Origin: Chrysonvirus as5 | Taxonomy: Duplodnaviria; Heunggongvirae; Uroviricota; Caudoviricetes; Straboviridae | Strand: one strand, 5' to 3' | Length of the DNA stretch: 64,000 bases | Virus record (IMG/VR): IMGVR_UViG_650627007_000001 | Coordinates: 43,172-107,171 of that record | Shown here: piece by piece, positions 54,109 through 62,325 of the stretch | How positions within the stretch are numbered: the first letter of the stretch is position 1 | How the letters are laid out: every line of letters begins with the position of its first letter | Position numbers and translations under genes: made by a program | The notes under the pieces: generated by a model | Databases searched by the model: none | Seen by the model: the letters and a program-made list of their open reading frames with translations, nothing else | What the model was told of the DNA's origin: nothing

Positions 54109-54602
54109 TAACTAACGATCTGTTTGTGCCACTTTTCGTTCTTTTCAACGATAGACTGGCTTACCAGATTAATCACTGTTCTAGCCGTGCTTTCGTTGGC
54201 AGGCATGCCTTTTTGCTGAACAAGATGCATATAAACGACATCGAGACCAGCAATGATCAGATCTGCGAACTCTGCATGGAGCGGTTCAGGATGTTGCTTT
54301 TTCGGCTTGTTGATCACCGTAGACATTTCGCCCAGTTCTTCGGTACATTTGCCTAGCACTTCATGAACCGTACGCTCTTTGGCAATCAAACTATTTCGCA
54401 GAACATCACAGAATGCTGTGGTAAGAGAATGCTTTGGAACTTGTCGAGCTGCATTCCAGCCCATAACCCAAGTAGTCCAACAAGCGCCACGTACCATAAA
54501 CTGCTGGTCATCAGTCAGATTGTACCAATCGTATGCTTTCTGGAATGCAAGTTCGCATTCCATACGATCCACAACTTGAACAACGTTAATATTGTCGAGC
54601 AT
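54108..54602 (-). CDS. MazG-like NTP pyrophosphohydrolase domain protein
   Basis: K..EELGE....I and EFADLII all-alpha NTP-PPase motifs. Confidence 0.75.
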   Translation of the reverse strand: MLDNINVVQVVDRMECELAFQKAYDWYNLTDDQQFMVRGACWTTWVMGWNAARQVPKHSLTTAFCDVLRNSLIAKERTVHEVLGKCTEELGEMSTVINKPKKQHPEPLHAEFADLIIAGLDVVYMHLVQQKGMPANESTARTVINLVSQSIVEKNEKWHKQIVS

Positions 54603-54817
54603 TATTTCGCCTTGACTTGTTCGTAAAAACCACGGGCGCGTTTGTAGCTGTCAATGATGCCATCAACGCGAGATTCGATGTCGATTTCTTTCGGAACACG
54701 CAGATCCATGATTGCACGGAAAATAGTGTCGCGGCTGCTATCGATAAGACGGTATACAGTCTTGTCCAGGGTGTCGATTTGTTTCTGTTCGAACTCGGTA
54801 AAAATCTTTTCTTCCAT
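54602..54817 (-). CDS. hypothetical protein
   Basis: 71 aa, coupled. Confidence 0.7.
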   Translation of the reverse strand: MEEKIFTEFEQKQIDTLDKTVYRLIDSSRDTIFRAIMDLRVPKEIDIESRVDGIIDSYKRARGFYEQVKAK

Positions 54818-54993
54818 TACTCTTCGCCTTCTTCGTAATCGGTACCAGCGTCAGTCACGATTCGGACTGCCAACTGCTTACCGTCTTTGTTGTAAATTGC
54901 GGTAGTCATTTCTCCGAAGCCATACGAAGTGCGCTCAAAAGCACCTTCTACAGTGGCCAGGATTTCGTTGTAACGCACTTCGTTGATTTGCAT
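54817..54993 (-). CDS. 58-aa hypothetical (MQINEVRYNEILATVEGAF...)
   Basis: manual translation; GAGG SD; TAATG coupling; not in ORF track. Confidence 0.7.
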   Translation of the reverse strand: MQINEVRYNEILATVEGAFERTSYGFGEMTTAIYNKDGKQLAVRIVTDAGTDYEEGEE

Positions 54994-55004
54994 TTTTAGC
55001 CTCT

Positions 55005-55012
55005 TATAAATA
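55005..55012 (+). promoter_or_regulatory. canonical T4 late promoter driving HNH gene
   Basis: TATAAATA. Confidence 0.75.
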
Positions 55013-55047
55013 GATGTATCATAAACCTAGATCAGGATGTCTTTCAC

Positions 55048-55791
55048 ATGAATTATAAAATGATATACGAAAAACTCACTTCCGTCAACACAGAATCAGA
55101 TAAATTTGAAGTTCATCACATAATTCCTCGGTGCATGGGAGGAACAAATGATCCTGTAAATCTCGTTAGATTAACGTATCGCCAACATTACATAGCACAC
55201 AAACTCTTAACCAAGATTTACCCGGATAACAATAAGCTTGAAATCGCATTCAAACTCATGGTATTCAAAAATTCACATAAGTATTATAACTCTAGAGACT
55301 TTGAGAATGCAAGAGTTTTGCAATCAACGCATATGAGAAATAATAATCCTATGAAATCATTCGAGACTAAGGATAAAATGCGACAAACTATGATTGATAA
55401 GTATAAAGCTGGATGGACTCCCAGAGTTGGTAAATCGCACAGTGAACAAGCCAAAGCTAATATATCCACTGGAAGATCTGGCAAACTGTGCGGCGAAGAA
55501 AATCCGAATTATGGTAAACAGCTCAGTGAAGAAACTAAACTGAAAATATCCAAATCCAGAATCGCAAATTCAGAGTTATACAAAAAGCCAAGAACCGAAG
55601 AAGTTAAGCGTAAGATATCCGAATCGTGTCGCAACAGGGTGATTTCCGATGAAACTAAACGAAAGATTTCTGAATATAAACTAAACTTACCACCTGTCAC
55701 TTGTCCTCATTGTAATAAGACTATGAAACAGGGACCTGGTGCTGTTCGTTGGCATTTTGATAATTGTAAACTATCCCCTAAGAATAGATAA
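55048..55791 (+). mobile_element. free-standing HNH homing endonuclease with NUMOD3-like repeats (MobE-like)
   Basis: EVHHIIPRCMGG.ND..NLV.LT.RQH..AH.LL; H/LSEETK.KIS repeats; C-terminal CPHC; opposite strand, AT-rich. Confidence 0.88.
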
Positions 55792-56451
55792 CGGATCAAC
55801 ATCATCGGAGGATGGAATTTCTTGCAAACCCCAGGCATAGCGTTTTGAGTAGATCAGCATCAATATATCCTTAGCGGCATCATGAATACTATCATGTTTC
55901 ACGAATCCGTCAAGCGTTCCTTTCGGTAACGGGCAGATTGTTTGCATTCTAGTACCTAGATTTTGTTCAATCGCGGTGCGAATATCGCGCTGGCGAGAGA
56001 AGTTAACTGGCTGATCAAAGATCGTGTCGTCATTCCCAGTGAACTGAGATAACATATCCTCGAATATGGTAAAGTCAAAGCTATTGCCACGACACCATGC
56101 CAGCGATTTCCAGTAATCAACTTTGAACTCCGGCTTGCGGATAAAGTCGAAAAACTGTTGGATTCCGTCTTCGATTGTAACATCGTGTTCAGACGGTTTC
56201 AAGTTCTTTTTCGCTTCTGGTGATTGATTTTTCCACCAGTCGATTGTTGATTTCAGTTTATGACGATTTGACTGTGATTTCAAGTCAAATTTGATTTTTA
56301 TGCCGCGAGACACCAAATCTTTAAAGCTAGGAGGATTCATTACATCCTCCCGATACACGATAACGGCTAAATCAATAGCCGTTGCGTTCGCTTTGTTGCT
56401 CAGAGTCTCCATGTCGATGATATAATCATCATACTCTGGGACTTGTATCAT
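55771..56451 (-). CDS. dexA: 3'-5' exonuclease A
   Basis: IIDMETL, WCRG..FD, RDIRT, HDSIHD.AKD. Confidence 0.92.
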   Translation of the reverse strand: MIQVPEYDDYIIDMETLSNKANATAIDLAVIVYREDVMNPPSFKDLVSRGIKIKFDLKSQSNRHKLKSTIDWWKNQSPEAKKNLKPSEHDVTIEDGIQQFFDFIRKPEFKVDYWKSLAWCRGNSFDFTIFEDMLSQFTGNDDTIFDQPVNFSRQRDIRTAIEQNLGTRMQTICPLPKGTLDGFVKHDSIHDAAKDILMLIYSKRYAWGLQEIPSSDDVDPLSILRG

Positions 56452-56942
56452 TTGACGCCGGAACTCCCGAGACCACCTTCGCCGCGTTCAGAAACGGTTT
56501 CGAACTCGTCTACCCGCTTGAAAGTGAATCCTTTCACGTACAGATGGAATACCATTTGAACAACACGGTCACCAGGCTCGATAGTAAGATCACCAGTGCC
56601 TTCGTTGCGCAGCTTGATCATGATCTCGCCTTGATAGTCAGCATCAATAACACCAGCAGTATTAGCCAGTCGGACATAGTGCTTGAAGCCCAGACCGGAG
56701 CGAGGCAGAATGCAGCCATACACACCAACATCCAGGAACACTTGAGCGAGATCAAGAGCGGCAATGTTCATTTTCAGACCACTCGGGATAACAACGTCCT
56801 CGCCCGGTTTCAGGGTAACAGCTTCGCTAATTGCAGCTCGCAGATCTACGCCGGCGGCGTCTTTGGACTTGAACTCAGGCAGTTCCCACTTGTAATGTGG
56901 CAGTACGATTACAGGAATATCTCTCATTAAATTTTTCTCCAT
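56448..56942 (-). CDS. dut: trimeric dUTPase
   Basis: AAGVDL, PRSGLG, GVIDADYQGEI, RGEGGLGSSG. Confidence 0.96.
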   Translation of the reverse strand: MEKNLMRDIPVIVLPHYKWELPEFKSKDAAGVDLRAAISEAVTLKPGEDVVIPSGLKMNIAALDLAQVFLDVGVYGCILPRSGLGFKHYVRLANTAGVIDADYQGEIMIKLRNEGTGDLTIEPGDRVVQMVFHLYVKGFTFKRVDEFETVSERGEGGLGSSGVK

Positions 56943-57958
56943 TCGGAAAGTCTACGTTTAGCACTAAGTCCAGATACCGTATTCTGTTTGAGATACGTTT
57001 CGATTTGTTGAACAGTCGCGCCTTCATCTTTGATCATATCATTGATGTCCTTCGAGTGGAATGGACAATCTAACCATACGACCACCTTTTCACCAGCGTC
57101 TATAAGCTTCTCCAGACGCTCTACCGTCTCTTTGCTTCGCGGCTCGTTGTCTAACACCCACACACGCTTACCTTTGAATGGAGCGTCTGCCAAGTGCATA
57201 GAACCACCGACGATTGCCAAAGAGTTCGGAATAAATGTGCTGTCTATTGGACCTTCGAAGTACCAGACAGTCTTTGTTCCGTCAACGCGCTCAAGTCCAT
57301 AAACTTTGTTCGCATCGTCGGACGGCTTCACAGTCAGATACCGCTGATTTTTGTCAACGTTTCCCAATGCTCGACCTTGAATACAGCTCACCGTACCGTC
57401 AGCATTATAGATGGGAATTACCAATCGGTATTCTTTCTCGATATGCTTGTAAGTATCGGGTTTTATGTGATTGCTCAGACCTTTCCAGTTGTCGGTGAAG
57501 TAGAACAGTTTCAAGTTCTCTTTCGGGATACAGCGATGAAGCATGTATTTTACAACTGGATGCGCTTCTGGCAGTTCAGATAGTCTAACACAAAACGGCA
57601 GTTCGGAAACAATTTTTTGCTCTTTTTTCTCAAGTTTCGCACCGAGGTCTAGCTTGACTTCTGACCGTTTTGGCTTGCTGTCCTTATACTTCTCTTTGAT
57701 ATACTCGCGGTATAGTTCTTCATGATACAGTTGGAGATATAGAGAAAACGGAAGCTGTTTGCCGCAGTTGAAGCAGCCATAGAAAACTTGTCCGTCGCGT
57801 TCGTAAAACCATCCGCGAGACTTGTATTTGTCTTTTTGTGAGTCGCCACAAATGTGACAACGGAAGTTATACTTGATTTCATGCGCACGGCTGTGATCCG
57901 AAAACATCGGCAACACAAACGCTATTTGATGCGCCATTTGTCGTTGAATGTAAAGCAT
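56927..57958 (-). CDS. 61: DNA primase
   Basis: NFRCHICGDS..D..K.RGW, CFNC, FEGPIDS.F, DNEPR, KDINDM. Confidence 0.95.
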   Translation of the reverse strand: MLYIQRQMAHQIAFVLPMFSDHSRAHEIKYNFRCHICGDSQKDKYKSRGWFYERDGQVFYGCFNCGKQLPFSLYLQLYHEELYREYIKEKYKDSKPKRSEVKLDLGAKLEKKEQKIVSELPFCVRLSELPEAHPVVKYMLHRCIPKENLKLFYFTDNWKGLSNHIKPDTYKHIEKEYRLVIPIYNADGTVSCIQGRALGNVDKNQRYLTVKPSDDANKVYGLERVDGTKTVWYFEGPIDSTFIPNSLAIVGGSMHLADAPFKGKRVWVLDNEPRSKETVERLEKLIDAGEKVVVWLDCPFHSKDINDMIKDEGATVQQIETYLKQNTVSGLSAKRRLSEWRKI

Positions 57959-57971
57959 AAACTCTCCAAAT

Positions 57972-57995
57972 AAAAATGCCCTCTTATGAGGGCAT
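57972..57995 (-). terminator. terminator after 61.1
   Basis: ATGCCCTC-ATAA-GAGGGCAT-TTTT. Confidence 0.75.
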
Positions 57996-58002
57996 GATAT
58001 CA

Positions 58003-58473
58003 TTAGTATTCTTTCTTTTCAACTTTTTTCTTGCCCATATTCGATGGACCTTTCGATGTAACGCTACCGCTTTTCTCGCCGGTAGCAATCGCAGTTGCAT
58101 CCCCGCCAGAGTCGCCAGAAATCATTTCGATCAAAGTATGCAGATCGCTAGACTCTTCGCACTCCGTCAACGGCATACGACTCATGTCCGGTTCACCATA
58201 TTCACTGATGATCGCGTTCCATCCCATCTTAACTGCCAGAGCTGATGTACCGAATCCACCACTGAATTTCTGAATAGTCTGCTTCAAACTTCTTACCATA
58301 CTATGGAATTTGGTATAATGCGACTTTTCTTTCGGGGTTTCGGGACGACGGATCACGTTGCCTTGATCATCGATAATGCCTAGCTTGAATGCCTCCCACT
58401 TGCGAAATGATTTCCCAAGCAGTGTAGCAAGGCGATAGGCATACACAGCATCCATAACTGTTTTTGCACTCAT
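58003..58473 (-). CDS. 61.1: conserved T4 61.1-like protein
   Basis: D..YAYR....L.K.F..W.AFKLGIID..G; own CTAAATA late promoter at 58494-58500. Confidence 0.85.
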   Translation of the reverse strand: MSAKTVMDAVYAYRLATLLGKSFRKWEAFKLGIIDDQGNVIRRPETPKEKSHYTKFHSMVRSLKQTIQKFSGGFGTSALAVKMGWNAIISEYGEPDMSRMPLTECEESSDLHTLIEMISGDSGGDATAIATGEKSGSVTSKGPSNMGKKKVEKKEY

Positions 58474-58504
58474 TTAACACCTCCTAAACAAATTATTTAG
58501 GGGA

Positions 58505-59959
58505 TTAGATCCCCCAATCGACCGCATCATCAATCGTTGCGTCAGCAAGCTTGTCCATCTTGTTGCGTGTGCTCAAGTCTTTGGCTTTCGCCACGTTCTC
58601 CTTGTGCGCTTCGTTCATACGCGAGCTTGCATCATTCAGATTACCACCAAAGTTGCCCTCTGGTTCTGTCCAACGTTGTTTACCTTTGTTAACACATAGG
58701 TTAAATCTGGTAAACTTGTTTTTGTCACCATAACGCGATTTGATTTGTTTAAAGAGTTGTTGATTGATTTCTGCCAACTCTTCGGTTTCCATCGCTGCCA
58801 ACATAAAGTCACAAGTCGCGGGAAGACCAGCAGATTCAGCAACATCCGACATATTGATATCAGAGCTATCCCAGCCACCACGAGTAGTCTGTGCCGCAGA
58901 CCAAACAACCACATCATGCTCGATAGCAAAGCCTCGAAGTTCTTCGGCAATCGCTTTCACCATGGTGTAACTGTTCTCAGAATATGCAGTCATTCGCTTA
59001 GACGCCATGATCCCAAGATAGTCAACAATCACGATATCAGGCTTGAAACCCTTCTTGATCTGCAAGTCAGACATCAAATTGTCTAAGTGGTTGCAGTTCG
59101 CAGCACCGGTAGGGAACTGTTTAACAACGAGCTTGCCACAGTTCTTCTGCTTGAGTCCAGCGAATCGACGCATAAAATCGGTCTCAGAGATAAGACCATC
59201 GTCAATATCGTCCAGTGTGACATCCAGCAAGTTAGCATCGATACGCTTACCGCATACTTCTTCGCCCATTTCCATAGACACATACAGCACATTGTAACCC
59301 TGTAACAGGTACTCACATGCCAAATGACACAGACCCAGCGATTTACCGACGTTAACACCTGCCAGAATGATGTTCAGCGTTCGACGCTCTACACCGCCCT
59401 TGGTGATAGTGTTCAGAATCTTTGTGATAAACGGAATCTTTTTCGATTTAGTCTTGTAAGACTGAAACCGGGATTCAACGTCATCAAAGTAATCATGACC
59501 GATTGCCAAGTTAAATGCAACAGCAAGCGCGTTTTTCATCAAGTCAGGAATAGCGCCGATGTCCTTGATCTTGCGGTCTCGTTCGTCCAGCGGCTTCGCG
59601 TGATTTTCTTGAATCAAGATTGCTTCGGACAATGCATTATGCATCGCTCGTTCTTGGCAATACTTCTCGGTTTCAGCAAGCAGCCAACCGAGATCTTCCG
59701 GTACACCAACAAGTTCGCCGATACCAGAATAGGCTTCATCAAACTCAACCTGAGAAATCCCTGTACGCTTCTCCAGCGCGATTGCCAGCGCGTTGTGAGT
59801 CGGGATTGTCTTATACTCAGTATAATGCTTTTGAATCAGTTCGAAGATTAAACGAATTGGTCCTCTCGGAAAATACTCCCGCTTTATGAACGGGAAGACT
59901 TGCCGAAAGTATTCCTCAGAAACGAGGAGATTCGTGAGAATAGATTGTTCGATTGACAT
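58505..59959 (-). CDS. 41: replicative helicase
   Basis: LAGVNVGKSLGLC, YVSMEM, DYLG, ELRG, Q.TR, ES.GLP.T.D, KSRYGD. Confidence 0.97.
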   Translation of the reverse strand: MSIEQSILTNLLVSEEYFRQVFPFIKREYFPRGPIRLIFELIQKHYTEYKTIPTHNALAIALEKRTGISQVEFDEAYSGIGELVGVPEDLGWLLAETEKYCQERAMHNALSEAILIQENHAKPLDERDRKIKDIGAIPDLMKNALAVAFNLAIGHDYFDDVESRFQSYKTKSKKIPFITKILNTITKGGVERRTLNIILAGVNVGKSLGLCHLACEYLLQGYNVLYVSMEMGEEVCGKRIDANLLDVTLDDIDDGLISETDFMRRFAGLKQKNCGKLVVKQFPTGAANCNHLDNLMSDLQIKKGFKPDIVIVDYLGIMASKRMTAYSENSYTMVKAIAEELRGFAIEHDVVVWSAAQTTRGGWDSSDINMSDVAESAGLPATCDFMLAAMETEELAEINQQLFKQIKSRYGDKNKFTRFNLCVNKGKQRWTEPEGNFGGNLNDASSRMNEAHKENVAKAKDLSTRNKMDKLADATIDDAVDWGI

Positions 59960-60201
59960 TCATTGCCTTCTGTGATTTGCGCTTGTAAAGCGGCTTTAAC
60001 GTGTTTGAATAATTCATCTTTCATGATCTCTTTCTCAGTATGGGGAGTGGACCAGTCCATGTAAACTTGTCCGTTAACAAAACTTACATCGTGAATATAC
60101 GCGATGAAGGGCTTGCCGTCAACTAGAATAACAAGCTCTTGTTTGATATCTTTTAATGCTTCGTCTAGTACGTCTCTGTAATTTCGCTCTTTGGCTTCCA
60201 T
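59884..60201 (-). CDS. 40: head vertex assembly chaperone
   Basis: QE.VI......IAYI...DWSTP pattern; synteny 41-40-uvsX. Confidence 0.8.
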   Translation of the reverse strand: MEAKERNYRDVLDEALKDIKQELVILVDGKPFIAYIHDVSFVNGQVYMDWSTPHTEKEIMKDELFKHVKAALQAQITEGNECQSNNLFSRISSFLRNTFGKSSRS

Positions 60202-60908
60202 TGACGTCTCCGTTTACTTTGCCATTTCCAACTTTTCTGAACGGCTCGATCAGCTCGATCCCACCAAGCTTCGGTAATCTCATACGAATCAATGATAGAA
60301 CTACGACGAATCGGCGGCTCAGGAATGTCGTACCAGTTTCCGGGTCCAGCTTCATAGTTGCCTTCGTACCACTCTTCGCGATACAAATCCCATTCGTATT
60401 CATTGACTTCCAGATCTTGGCGACGCTGACTTTCCATAAAGCGTTGTGCAATTCGAATTGCACCGCGTGGCTTGCGATAGCCGTACACGCTCTTACGAGA
60501 CCCACGATCACGGGCGTTCCAGCTCATACAGCTCGGTGCCTTGCGTTTGGCCTGCTTATGATAGACTTGCATTGCCATATTGGGATCAATAACTCGACCA
60601 CCATCGTCGGTAATGATGCCAGCACAGGTAGCAAATCCAACAAACAGATCAAACCAACCCCAACTGTCTTTAGTCTTTTTGTTCGCGATGTATGTCAGAC
60701 GATATCCGTTATGAACGTAAAATCCGTTTTTCTCGATGCCTTCTTTGATCTCATGGCGATACTTGCCATAAGTTCCGATGTGCAGAAAAGTACCGAATCG
60801 TTTAAGATGATACGTTTCCCAGTTTTCGATCACGTCGATCAACTTAGCACGTTTGAACGTGCCATTGGCCAGATCGATGTTGTATTCTTTGTGCAGATCG
60901 ATTTTCAT
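60165..60908 (-). CDS. hypothetical protein with basic Trp-rich C-terminal motif
   Basis: 247 aa, AAGGAG SD; ...WWD...KSWKWQSKRRRQWK. Confidence 0.75.
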   Translation of the reverse strand: MKIDLHKEYNIDLANGTFKRAKLIDVIENWETYHLKRFGTFLHIGTYGKYRHEIKEGIEKNGFYVHNGYRLTYIANKKTKDSWGWFDLFVGFATCAGIITDDGGRVIDPNMAMQVYHKQAKRKAPSCMSWNARDRGSRKSVYGYRKPRGAIRIAQRFMESQRRQDLEVNEYEWDLYREEWYEGNYEAGPGNWYDIPEPPIRRSSIIDSYEITEAWWDRADRAVQKSWKWQSKRRRQWKPKSEITETY

Positions 60909-60959
60909 AAATCTCTCCTTGATTAGATAGGAATAGATTATCAGAGTCCAACATAAAAG

Positions 60960-60984
60960 TAAAGAGGGCCGAAGCCCTCTTTTT
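60960..60984. terminator. terminator after uvsX
   Basis: AAAAGAGGGC-TTCG-GCCCTCTTT. Confidence 0.8.
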
Positions 60985-62215
60985 AATCTAGATTTTCGAA
61001 CAGCTCGTCGGCATCATCGGAACTAACGTCGATGTCTTCAAGTTGATCGATTTCTTCTTGTTTGTCTTCCATCTTGCGACCCATATTAACAGGCAAATCA
61101 GATTCCCCGTTAAACAGATCATCAACTTCATCAAACACTTCATCTTTGACGCTAACAGCTTTCAGCTTGTATGCATCGGAACAAGCGCGTTTGAATGGCT
61201 CATGACTGAACAGCGGCTTCCAGAATTCCAAGCAACTTGTATCAGCACGACGCCACTTGCGATCTTCCTCAATCAACTCACCGGTTTCCTCGTCGAGGAA
61301 AGCACGACTGAACCAACCGTTAGACGGTTTAACGACGAATCCGACATCGAGCGCAATGTCAAGCATACCGGAGTAAGTGTTAATACCACCTTGGAAAGTC
61401 ACCTCAAGCGGCAGCTTGGATTGTTCGCGAACGAAACGAGACTTTTCCATGTTCAAGATGAAGTTATAACCAAGCAGTTCTTTACCGTCTTTCTCTTGTT
61501 GACGACCGATAATGATTACGGTGTCGGCAGAGTAAGTGATACCAGTACCACCAGAAACGACTTTCTTGGAATACATTTCTTGAGTGTCATAGGTATGAGC
61601 AACCATGATCGCCGGAATGTCCAAGAATGTCAAATACGGAGTCATGATTCGGGTCAGAGACTTGATTTGTTTTGCTCGGGTCATATCGCTAACCGATTTT
61701 TCGTCGATAGCGTCGTCCACTTCTTTCTTAGAAGCAGCGTTACCGATAGAGTCAACGAAAACGATCACACGCTCGCCGCGCTCAATTGCTTCCAGTTTCT
61801 TAACAATGTCGAATTTGAGTTCTTCAATGTTTTTGAACGGACAATGAATTACGCGAGAAATGTCAACGCCTTGTGACTGGAAATAACCAGGAGTAGAACC
61901 GAATTCGTTGTCAAAGAACAGACAAACGGCATCGGGATATTTTCGCATATAAGCAGCAACGAATACCAGAGACAGGTTAGATTTAAAGTGCTTAGACGGA
62001 CCAGCCAGAACAGTCAGACCAGGAGCCAAACCACCGTCAAGTTCGCCACTCATTGCCAAGTTAAGCAACGGTACACGAGTTCTAATACTGTCTTTGTCGT
62101 TGAAGAATTTACTATCTACCAGAACGGAACTCATGCCGTTAGAAGATGCGCTAGTGAGTTTGCCAATCAAACCACTCAGATTACTTTTGCTACCAGTTTT
62201 AATGCCTTTTGCCAT
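60983..62215 (-). CDS. uvsX: RecA-like recombinase
   Basis: LAGPSKHFKS, DNEFG, FVDSIGN, DMTRAK, SGGTG. Confidence 0.97.
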   Translation of the reverse strand: MAKGIKTGSKSNLSGLIGKLTSASSNGMSSVLVDSKFFNDKDSIRTRVPLLNLAMSGELDGGLAPGLTVLAGPSKHFKSNLSLVFVAAYMRKYPDAVCLFFDNEFGSTPGYFQSQGVDISRVIHCPFKNIEELKFDIVKKLEAIERGERVIVFVDSIGNAASKKEVDDAIDEKSVSDMTRAKQIKSLTRIMTPYLTFLDIPAIMVAHTYDTQEMYSKKVVSGGTGITYSADTVIIIGRQQEKDGKELLGYNFILNMEKSRFVREQSKLPLEVTFQGGINTYSGMLDIALDVGFVVKPSNGWFSRAFLDEETGELIEEDRKWRRADTSCLEFWKPLFSHEPFKRACSDAYKLKAVSVKDEVFDEVDDLFNGESDLPVNMGRKMEDKQEEIDQLEDIDVSSDDADELFENLD

Positions 62216-62288
62216 TTTACAGTTTTATCCTTTAGTTACGATTTAAGTCATAACGAAGCAGGATTTATTTTTCACCTCACAAAGTTAT

Positions 62289-62324
62289 GGGGCTATTATC
62301 GCATAGCCCCAGAAGCGGATAAAC
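62289..62324 (-). promoter_or_regulatory. uvsX promoter with -10 at apex of 8-bp hairpin
   Basis: GTTTATC-17-GATAAT; GGGGCTAT/ATAGCCCC. Confidence 0.65.
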
Positions 62325-62325
62325 A

